From contig NW_003526943.1 in NCBI RefSeq assembly GCF_000181795.1, forward strand, positions 9,656,849 through 9,720,848: a stretch of 64,000 nucleotides of DNA, in the 5' to 3' direction. Under the pieces are notes generated by a model. That model was not told the origin of the DNA and ran no database searches. It saw nothing but the letters and a program-made list of their open reading frames with translations. Positions 15,015 through 25,491 of this stretch are shown piece after piece; position 1 is the stretch's first letter, and each line of letters begins with the position of its first letter. A program made the translations under genes and the position numbers. This DNA is from Trichinella spiralis (Eukaryota).

Positions 15015-16994
15015 ATGATGAGAACAGTTCTTATATTTTTAGCTTTGCCGAATATTATATCTTCACAGAATTCGAAATGCAAAAATAATGCTGGAGGACA
15101 AGATATAGATTGGTAAGCTTCATGATAAATACACATCATTCTTGCAAAACATATAATCAGGATAATTTTTGACGTTTCCTCATTTTTGATTTTTATGTCC
15201 GTAATGAAACCAGAGGCGGTTATCAACAACAGAAAACTTTTAAGTAACAAATTTTCAAAATTTCCTTACCTACATCGTTCTTGTAGTAACCGCTAAAATG
15301 TTCATACTTCGGTTAGCTCCATTAAGTATAACAAATTACAAAAAATGAATATAAAAACATTATATAAAAAACTAAAACACATATAGGGCAATATTATACA
15401 AAGGACCTGCACAGAACAATGGTAAACTGCTCGCTTCAGATTCACCTAATGATTGGGCAAATGGAGCAGCACCCGTAACTCAAAATAATGCGCATTCATT
15501 TGCAGTTGCACTGTCCGATGTAGTAAGGCCCCATGCTAATGTGAAGTTTCTTGCGTACAACAACATTCCTCCAGCAGTGCCTAATGTGAAAACAAAGTCC
15601 AACAGCAAAGGTAAGATAAATAAAAATTCAAAATTTTCGCGATTACTTAAATTATTTATGAAACAGGTGTCATTATTATCAACACAGCTCCTGGACAAAA
15701 TGATGGCGCGTGGATTGTACATACTGTTCCAGGATTTCCAGCAGCAAGAACAGGCTACAGCTGGCCTGCAGCTGAAACTGCTAAAGGACATTTACTAATC
15801 TGCATGACTATCGCAGAAACCCAAATCAACGCAGTAGGTTAGCCCGTGGCTTAAACTAATACAGTATCAAAAATCATTGAATTTCTTGTATAACAAATTT
15901 ATTCTCATTAATATCGTTCAAGCAAGATATTCTACATATTTTTTAACGAATAATTTGAAAATAGTGTTTGCAATATTCAAAATATCGGCTTCTCATTAAA
16001 ATGAAATATTAGCATTATAAAGTCTAAACATTTTATTCTTTCTATTTAGCTGCTTCATTAATTCAAATTGAACCCTTCATATACTATAATGATATTCCTG
16101 AAACAGAAACAGCAGGAATGCCAGATTTTAAAAAATTAGCAGAAGGACAAATTCCTGTTTCCCCACCATTTACAACCAGACGATCGATTAAAACTGCGGC
16201 GCCTGCTCCTGTTGACGTTCACATTTATAGCAAATCAGCTAAATCCAAATATGGTGGGTAGATAAAAATTGTTAACGAAAATGAATATTTAAATGGCTTT
16301 TGTAATTAGACTATCATATTTTTTGAAAAGTAGTAATAAGTAAAACCAAAAGAAGGAACATCATAAGTTTAGAGAATCATATAATCACACTAGCAGCGAT
16401 GAAAATGTAATTACGTGTTGCTTTAAAGTATTTGTACCAAAGTAAATATTAATAATTACTGATTAAAACGCAATTTACCGTAATTTTCACTGAATTTCAA
16501 GAGAGTTTAATTTGTGATCACTAAAGAGAGGATGTCGCCTAGGAAATACAAATTATATTATTCTAGTATAAAGAGAAATGCTTTTAAAATTTACAATTGC
16601 ATTTTTAGAAATTTATAAAAAGGTCATTGTAAAAGCTCTCAAAAAGACTATAAAAGTGTGGTCTAGAAGAGACAATAAATTGAAAGGGGATTGTCGAGTT
16701 TTAGAAAGGAATATTCGTTTAATTAATAGCCCAGCTCAAATTGGAGATCATCCTACTAATATTGAGGCAGACGAATCAAATTGGATTGTTTCAGAACCTG
16801 GAAACATATTTTGCTTCATGGATAAGCCATATGCTGTAACTATACTGAAAGTAAAATAATTTTCATGTTTTCATTCTGTTGTAATTTAGAAAAGTCAAGC
16901 TACTGAATCTGCAATGGGTGTTTGTATTGACAAGGATGCAATTTTTGCTCGATTTAATGCCATTGCTGCTCAAGTTGAGAACTGCCCACGATGA
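15015..16994 (+). CDS. Secreted DNase II-family protein, copy 4; 6 exons
   Basis: MMRTVLIFLALPNIISSQNSKCKNNAGGQDIDW; same exon structure; SNSKG, WIVHTVPGFP, DESNW; ends ENCPR*. Confidence 0.9.
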
Positions 16995-17275
16995 CAGGCA
17001 GTATGGAAGAGAAAAGACAATTTTTATATTTTTCACATTATTAATATTATAGAATAAAATATTATGAGATGAATTGCCTTCGGAAAGTTTTTGAGATTTC
17101 GTAAGTCATAATTGTATATGTTACGCCAGATGTTGAAAATTGCCTATTATTGATAATAGGCCATAAGCATTCGCCTAATATTGAAAAAAACGGCTTACGA
17201 GTCACGCTGTACGTTGAAATGCGTTTATTAATGATATTTGTATTTATTATCAGAAACAAATGTTTCGCACGGGGT

Positions 17276-18851
17276 TTATATATTATTGCATGACTTCCCG
17301 AGGTGACAACGAGAATTGCATAGTACTCTTTTTCTGCTGCAACTGCATCGACCAGATAAACAGCCGGATAGGCACATGCACTTAACATATCCTTGGCCGC
17401 TCGTAGCTATAGTTACTGCAGTTCTAAGAGGAATTTCGGCGTCAGGTACTTCATCAATTGATAGTAAATTTTCCGATATTACTTGTAAATCTGCAGCTGT
17501 AAACTTAGATGACAATTTTCCTTCTCTGCAACCAACAGTGTACAATCCTTCACATTCCGCCATGACAACTACTAAGAAGTTTTTGAGATCCGCTAGTCCA
17601 CGATCCACGTCTGGCACTCTCAGTGTACAATTCTGACCTATTTGGAGCGGTATTAACATTTTCTTAGATCGTCGTGTTATTTTTGTTGCTGCTCTAGTCT
17701 GCCCTGAAGCTGCTTCTTTTCGTGCTTTTATAAAAGTCTCAGGAAAATGTTTCATAATATTGCTTTCATTTACTTCATAGTTTTTTCGATCTCTATTCAA
17801 ACTTTCTTCATCATTGGCTTCATGAGATGTCAAAAATTCTTCAGTTTATTCTTCTGCTTTCACTGCATCAACTAGTGATTTTAACAGAAGTCCTTTTAAC
17901 AGAAGGACTCCAGTCTAATTCGTGGCTCCTCGCCAAATGTCACCTCGAATGGACTTTGTCCTGTTGTTTCATGGACGCTAACATTTATTTGCTATTGAAC
18001 ACATTTCAGTCCCATTGACCATCTTTTGCATCCATTTTCTGGCATCCATGTTGTCAGTTTGTCTTGCACAACGCCGTTTAGGCGCTCAACCGCACCTTGA
18101 CTCTGAGGATGCCTGGGTCTACCCGTGACAAGCTTCAGCTCTGGCTAACATGTTTTGAGTTCCGCAATTATAGCACTTGAAAATTCCCGACCGTTGTCGT
18201 ATTGCAGAATGCTGGGAGCGCCGAACGTTAAAAAGATTTCGAGCAGCTTCGATGCCACTTCTCCCGCCCGCTTTGACTTTAGCGGACTCAAAATGCAGAA
18301 CTTCGTGAAGTGATTCAAATAAGTCATTATATATTTAAAATCACCATCAGGCATGGTTTGAAAATTTATCAAGTCCACCTGGGCTCGTGACATCAAATTT
18401 GTACTAACTAGTGGTTTAACAACTAGGCTTTTTGGAAGCTTTCTCGCTCTCTTTTTATGGCATTCTTCACAAAGCGTGACAAACAAATGGCAAGCTTCCT
18501 GTGTGACGTTCTCCCATTTATTCTATGCTTCTCGAAATGTTTTTCTTCTCCACCATGATCAATCTTTTGATGAGCATCATTGATAACATCAAACATTTCT
18601 TCAATAGAGGCGATGCATCTTATTGCATCATTCTTGCCCAAGCGGATTAGTTTATTTTCTTCGCCAATTTTTAAAACTCCATACAGATTTTTGAAATTAT
18701 AATCACGAACAGATTTTGGACCATCTGACTGGATTCGCAAAATGTCAGTAATCATTTGATCTCGCTGTGAAATCGGAAAAATTGCTCCATTCTGTCTTTA
18801 TTCTTTGATCAGGGCACGGAACTTTTCTTCATACGTCGCCTTTCTATCCAT
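17276..18851 (-). mobile_element. Disrupted rve/DDE integrase, KRBA2/SCAND3-like (probably a Ginger2/TDD-type DNA transposon)
   Basis: HHCC-like HQKIDHGG...CEEC; D (RAQVDLINF), D (LQYDNGREF), E (PQSQGAVERLN); C-terminal VPDVDRG and Cys-rich CMCLSGCLSGRCSC...CNSRCH. In-frame stops (~18800, 18145) and frameshifts. No RT or gag seen nearby. Confidence 0.85.
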
Positions 18852-21242
18852 CAGAACTTTAACAAATGAGGAAGTGGTTGCCTTTTCCTTACTAATGATA
18901 CATAAAAACCTGCTCCCACAGTTTGTAACTGAACTTTCTCCTTTTATTGGTAAATAAAGACGTCATTTTAATTTCATCTTTTGTAATGCATATTTTCTAT
19001 ATTTCTGTGAGATAATAACTGATATCTAATAGATATAAGCATGTTGCTGATGCCTAATTGCTGAATATAGATGTGATAGAAATTTCTGTTACTATGCGTT
19101 CATTGTGATCAGCGCTTGCCGAAGCTGGATTTTCCGTTCAATGCACTGCTTTTGATAAGCTATGAAGTAGAAGAACCAGTTAGGGTAAGTCAGCTGCTGA
19201 AACTGTTGAATAGCACAAAGATACTGACTTCAGTTACGTTTAGAGTTGTACGTCAAGAATTTCCAATATACAACATGCTGAGAACTAAAAGGAAACTATC
19301 CACGCATAGCAATTATCTGATATTTTTTGCTTTTTATTGCATTCTGCTGAATATTTCAGAAAACTGTATTCTGAATTTTATTTATAGAGAATCTATTGCT
19401 CGGTTCATAAATGTTATGATGCGCAGTGGCAGTGTGCCTATGCAGTGTGTTCAGACGTAATATCACATTTTTGCGCTTTCTCATTTAAGATGTTTTTTGA
19501 GAGTTGGCAATAAGCATTAAAACATACAAATAATTGATAATTTAAGTTAGCAATATGTTTGATTATTAAATTTTATTTTTTAAAATTAAAACACTTTTGA
19601 ATGCTCAACTGATATTATTCATTTTCTTACTGGTCAAGATAAATGTAACATGTTTGTTTGCTCATTCAGCCTATTCGTTTTTATCACTTCGCCTTTGCGT
19701 CTAGCTAAACGCTTGCTGGGCATGTCTAATTATAAATCAAAGCACAAGTGGATATTAAGATTTTATTTACCTGAAACAAAACTGATTAATATGCTATATA
19801 AGTAATGTGGGGATATGTAAATGTAAATCAGATACGCTGCACACACAGATGGCCTAACTAACATTTTGTCCTTGGTGCTCCTGGCGTTATTTTATACCAG
19901 TCTCTGATCCAGCAACGCAGTTGTTGGTATCCCCAAGGGATCAGGTGCGCACTGGTTGTGCATTGCATCAGCTGTGCCTTTGTGCTAAACACCAATTATG
20001 TGCTGGAAAGATAGCTGCCCAGGAGCGGCTGATGCAGCTTGATTGAAGAAGCTGGCGAATGGTGCAACATGAGTTTTCAGCGCCCGCTTTACCAACCAGG
20101 ATTGAGCCAGTTGCCATATGGTGACTCTCGTTTAACGGCCGAAAGGTTGCCAGGTATAGTATTACCACAGCATACTCACCAAGATAAACATGGTTGCTTT
20201 TTTCTCTTCTCTCAAAAAGCAATTGTATCTGGTGTGTTCTGGTGGAATTCAAGCACCCAAACTCTGGCGGCAATGCACAACTATCAGCAGGGATGGTCAC
20301 TGGGTCTAGGGTGATCTATTGTAGCCGAAGCAATGTGTTAAACACAGTGGGCGCAGCAACCGGCTTTGCATAAAAATTTATTAAAAATCTGCTTGACATT
20401 TAACAAAGTGACATAAGGTCCCAAAGTTGTGCTACTATTGCTCACCGATTTTATATAAACTATCATTTAGCAAGAGAATCAAATTCATGGCCACTACAAA
20501 GTTGGGCAGATGCCACAATATGCATGCAATTAACAAATGTATTGCGGCAGCTAAGTGCATTAACAAATGTTGTACGCCCAAAATGACCGCAGGATCATCA
20601 CAATTAAGAAGTGGTGAAACAACAAAAATCAGAATTTTTTCTTTGAATCAACATTAGAAACTGAGAAACTGATCCACAAACTACTAAGATTTAATGCTAG
20701 ATTATGCTCAAAAGATCAGAAATAGGAAGTCAATTTCTGCTAATCCTCAGTCACTGAACAGAATTTTTTCTCTACTGTTCAAACCAAGCACTTAAAATGC
20801 ACTGTAATAGGTTTTTTGTTGGCTGAAAGCATGCAGAAAACAATTGAGCAAATGGAAAGGCTTCACACAAAATCACTGAAACCGCCAAACCAAAATATGA
20901 AAAATGAACCCTGAAAAAGCAATAGCAATGTGAGCTACTGTAAGTAAAATTTATGCTCAGATTCACTACCATTTTCTGCACAATACAGCAAACATTCAAA
21001 TTTTATTATTTATTTAATAATGCACTTTCAACTTTGAACATTGAAAAATTATGATAAAGAGTAATGCCAAATAAGAAACATCATTACAAAATTAAAATTA
21101 GCTATGAATTATTAGAATGAATTGTGAATATGATAAACAACAGAAACTGTTGGGTAAGCAGTAAGATAATAAAACCATTCAAAATGATGAAGCACTTTTC
21201 ATGCATTGAGTAACATCAAAACAAAAAAATTTATAAATACAA

Positions 21243-22919
21243 TTAGCACGTCCTTTTTAAGTTTTCACTGGAAACAGCAAAGGTGGCATCATACTGTGAC
21301 ACTGGCAGACCGGAAATAATTGAAAGACTATTGAAAATAATTTCCATTTGACGTTCCCAAAACTGAGAATCCGCCTGCTGAATTTCTCCCACAAAGTCTT
21401 TATAAAATGGATGGATTTCAAGTAGGCAATTAATGCATTGAAACGCTTTCCAAAGTTTGAACATCAAGATGCTATCATAATCATTTTCAGCGAATACCAT
21501 TACTTTTATCGTGTTATTTTTTTCTTGTAGCAGCTGGATACGACATTCACAAATATTTTGTATCGCTTTTACAGTTAAGCTATTAGGACCGATAATTCTT
21601 TTTGCAACATCAAATGGGTAGTGCAAAGATGAATAAATCTTCGTAGCAAATGCGTTTTTAATTTCTCCAATTTGTACAGGTGGCGGAAGATGAAGAAAGT
21701 TCTGCAGCCGTGTCAATGTTAGCAAATTCTTCATGTGATAAAGCAAAATATTTTCTTCAAGTTTTTCAAACATATCTACCATACCTACAGTGATGAATGA
21801 ATTCTTCTCATTTAATGGAGCATTCAACAAATCTGCGCCACATAAATTAACGGGAAAATGAACCTTCAGCATTTCAGCTCGAGTTGCATAGAATTTCAAA
21901 TCTTTCAATTGAATTGCATTCACCATGTCTTCGTCAGAAAAAAACGATTTTAGCAAGCAATTAATGCATTCAAATGCTCTCAAAAGCTTGAATTTCACAA
22001 TGCTTTCAAAATCACGCTCGACGAATACTTCGATTTGTAGCGCATTGACTTCTTTCCAACGCAGTCGGATGCGGCATCCACAAACTGTTTGAATCACTTT
22101 CACAGTTAAACCACGAGGACCAATTATTCTGCCTGCAATATTAAATGGAAAGTCGAGAAGTGAATAGATCTTCTTAGCATATCCATTTGTAACTCTACCA
22201 CTCGCTGCTGGTGATGGAATGCTGAAAATATCACGGAACATTGGCAATGCTAACAAGTTGTTCATGTGACTGGTCAGCATTTGCTTTTCCAATACTTTAA
22301 GCATTTCCACTGAAAATCTTTTACCCACTGAGTAATGGTTACTTGAAACAGCACTTACATCATTTATATCAGAATGATAATGCTGCTGAATGATAAAGAA
22401 TTTTATGATGATTTCAACCTGGCTTTCATAAAATTTGAAATCATCAGATTGAATTGCTTGCACCATATCTTTTCCTGAAGGATCCATGCGAAGCAAACAA
22501 TAAATGAGCTGAAATGCTTTCCAAATTTTGAACTTCACAATGCTCTCGTAATCTGGTTCAACGAATATCTGGATTAGCAGTAAATTATATTTTATGAAAT
22601 TCAGCTCGATGCCACATCCACATAATAGTTGAATAGCTTTCACAGTGCAACCACGCGGACCAATTATTCTGCCTGTCATATTATACGGCAAACCTGCAGT
22701 TGAATAGCATGTTTCTGCGAACCCTTTTTTAATTTGTCCACTCGGTTCAGGCGTCGGAATCTGAATAATGTTCTGAATCATTGGCAGTGCAAGCAACTTG
22801 TTCACATGATGAAGCAGAATGTGTTCTTCAACATTAATTATCATCTGTGTGATGAACTGCTCGGTGGAATCCTCATCAACTTGCTTTACTGTACTACCCA
22901 GCTGACTTAACGAAGACAT
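21243..22919 (-). CDS. Intronless ~558-aa protein with three tandem STAR/GSG-type KH modules (GLD-1/Quaking/HOW-related)
   Basis: Single uninterrupted ORF, first ATG at 22919. Repeats with a ~177-180 aa period: YNMTGRIIGPRGCTVKAIQLLCGCGI, FNIAGRIIGPRGLTVKVIQTVCGCRI, FDVAKRIIGPNSLTVKAIQNICECRI. Each is followed by KL.KAF..I.CLL and a QUA2-like D.V..IQ..D segment. Confidence 0.85.
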   Translation of the reverse strand: MSSLSQLGSTVKQVDEDSTEQFITQMIINVEEHILLHHVNKLLALPMIQNIIQIPTPEPSGQIKKGFAETCYSTAGLPYNMTGRIIGPRGCTVKAIQLLCGCGIELNFIKYNLLLIQIFVEPDYESIVKFKIWKAFQLIYCLLRMDPSGKDMVQAIQSDDFKFYESQVEIIIKFFIIQQHYHSDINDVSAVSSNHYSVGKRFSVEMLKVLEKQMLTSHMNNLLALPMFRDIFSIPSPAASGRVTNGYAKKIYSLLDFPFNIAGRIIGPRGLTVKVIQTVCGCRIRLRWKEVNALQIEVFVERDFESIVKFKLLRAFECINCLLKSFFSDEDMVNAIQLKDLKFYATRAEMLKVHFPVNLCGADLLNAPLNEKNSFITVGMVDMFEKLEENILLYHMKNLLTLTRLQNFLHLPPPVQIGEIKNAFATKIYSSLHYPFDVAKRIIGPNSLTVKAIQNICECRIQLLQEKNNTIKVMVFAENDYDSILMFKLWKAFQCINCLLEIHPFYKDFVGEIQQADSQFWERQMEIIFNSLSIISGLPVSQYDATFAVSSENLKRTC

Positions 22920-22981
22920 CTTGATACTGTTGTGATAACTGAAGGAATGAGGGAATGAGCTTTGTGACTTCAATAAACCTA

Positions 22982-22990
22982 TTTTATATA
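22982..22990 (-). promoter_or_regulatory. Candidate TATA box (TATATAAAA) for the triple-KH gene
   Basis: About 65 nt upstream of the ATG on the minus strand. The AT-rich background limits specificity. Confidence 0.4.
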
Positions 22991-24654
22991 TCCATAGCCC
23001 AACTTTAAAACTGCTGCTTTTAAAGTGAATGCTTAAAGTTTAGTTTTGTTTAAAGTGCTAAGGTTTAAAACAAAGGTCATTCTTAGGAATTATTCTAACT
23101 GTAAAGATTTCTAAAAATTTGCTCATTCCCTGCTACAAAATTAAGAAACACATATGCTGTGGTTTTATTTGTAAAACGTTTTTCAACTTTATTATTATAA
23201 TATGTTTAAGTTAGCATAAGATTCCAAATTAACTGGTTTTATTGAGCGTCGTGTGATGCCCATGCTGAATTTGAATGAAAACTCAGCTACCTTTCCATTT
23301 TCATACTGAGCAATGTAAATACATTTAATATGAAGCATTGATGTTGATGTTAATTTAACTTTTCAAATTTACATATGCATAGATGATATCCTGCTTATAT
23401 TTGTTTTATAATTTTTAATTTGTTTATTTTTAATCAGCAAAATTAGTTAATAATTCAATTTTTTTATGAATTTTCTTGGTTTTTAATATTATAAATCAAA
23501 AGTTACCTGCAAAGTTTGAAACATTGCTGCATATATCATTAACCTCACCAGCATGGAAATATAACTTTATATTTCGCTCAGTTATTCTTTTATCATTTAA
23601 TATAATAGCCTCTTTTAAAAGTAACTGTTCAGTAGATAAAAATATGACAATAAAAAACAACAAACCTGAAATCATGATTACTATGGATGCCAAAAGTTCT
23701 GATTTTAATTTTCCACACAACGCACTCATGATTCTTATAAACAATTACCATTGCACTTGCAGAGAAGGTCTACTCTCCAAACAGTATACATCAAAGAGCT
23801 CAAATGTATGCCTTTGTGCTCTTGTGATTTAAACCTTTCTGAAATGATGTTGCGTTTTCTCAAAAGTAGTGACTGATGGCATTACGCTGCGGCTGGAAGA
23901 TACTACATTTCTCATTCAGATAAACTATCACTTCTAACCAGTGGATATACAAAAAGGCAATTAAGAAATCTGTGCATTGTTTGACTTTAAGCATGCGTCT
24001 TCTCAAACTTTTCATGAGCTAGAAAATGAGTCATAATACAACACTGCTTTTGTATATTGCTTTTGTATAATATTGGTGACGAACAGTGTCTCAAGCCACA
24101 GTCACTTAAAAGCCGTCATCTCTAAACATGATAGGTCTAAACATGATTAATGATTACACTTCGCATAATTAAATCATAAAGTTGAACTCAATTTCCAAAC
24201 TCTGAATCCTCCAATGCTTTTTCAATAATTCCCCTCACAAGTCTTATCACTAAAGCATTAAACAAATGATCATTTGATGCTTAGGCATATAATGAACAGC
24301 AGATACTCCATGCAAATGCTGTGAGTATGGATACATGGTCATGACGCTGATCACTCATAATGAATTCGCTAATGTATTCTTGAGTGCTGCTTATCCCAGT
24401 GAGAAAATTACTCAACTGGTTGTGTATTTAAGGCGTGTCTGGTTAATGGAACAATTGGAGATGCTTTTATCTTTATGGATACAAAACGCATGGATGAAAG
24501 AATACCAGATTTTCTTAACGGAGAAATTGTTTATTCTTAACTGATTTTTAATGCAAACAAATGAAGATAGTTAAGTGCATACATGTGATGCAGACAAACG
24601 TTTATATCTCCTTTGCTACAAATGATAATTCATTTGGAGGGCTCGCTATGTTAA

Positions 24655-25491
24655 CCCTCACCCGGGCAGCAAATTTTACATCTTAATCCAGGCACCTGTC
24701 TACATATGTAGACACTAGAAGTTTCGTCATGTTTAGTCCCTGTACATGATGTTAAAATGATTATTTTTTCAAGAACCAATGATAATTCCACAAATAGATT
24801 ATTTATTTTATTGAATTGAAGCGCTACACAATATTTTAGTGATTTTATGGCTGCTACGTATGTGTTTTTTTACAAGAATAGCAGCGGTTTTACGTTGATT
24901 TTCGACGTCCTTGCTCTCAGCATTTTGATGGATTTTATTGTTTTATAACTAATATTTGTAACATTTATGATTTTGGGGCAGTCTGTAGCGGATGAAGGTA
25001 TGTTTAGTTTGTGCATAGATCTTTGATTTTGATACCTCATTTTGATGTGTTTGACCAGCTGAAAGCTCTCTCATAAAACGCTTCTTTGTCTTCTGATAAC
25101 TTTGCTGATGTCTCATCAGTAAGAATGTGTTGTTGATGCACACCTCAACAATGAAATACAACATCAGCATGATGTACCTGTTGGTCTTTTTTTATAGAAA
25201 AAATCTTCTATTTTTGCATCCATGCTATCCACGCCTCTATTATTTAAGTATAATCATCAAAAAAGAGAAAGTGTTATGTGCCTACATATGTGGGCAGGTG
25301 CCTGAAATATGAATGGTAAACACGAAACAACTGCTTAAAAACGTCATATAACCAAAATATTATCTGTGAAGATAGAGCATAAATTTTTATCGAAAGTTTT
25401 GGAATGAATAAGGCTAATTATTTTTTTTCATGTCACAGCACTGTTCCAAGCATCGTTTGTCTACATATGTAGGCAGGTGCCTGGATTAGGG
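24655..25491 (-). mobile_element. piggyBac internal-deletion derivative (non-autonomous)
   Basis: TTAA on both sides (24651-24654, 25492-25495). Ends are CCCT...AGGG. Inverted repeats taatccaggcacctg(t/c)ctacatatgtagaca at ~24684-24714 and ~25458-25488. Internal minus-strand remnant NRGVDSMDAKI / KTNRYIMLMLYFIVEVCINNTFLL...KKRFMRELS matches the piggyBac GGVD..D and RKT.RW region. Confidence 0.85.

Noticed and set aside
24335..24544. ORF with faint MULE-like 'QLVVYLRRVWL'
   Set aside because: Similarity is too short and no catalytic motifs are visible.
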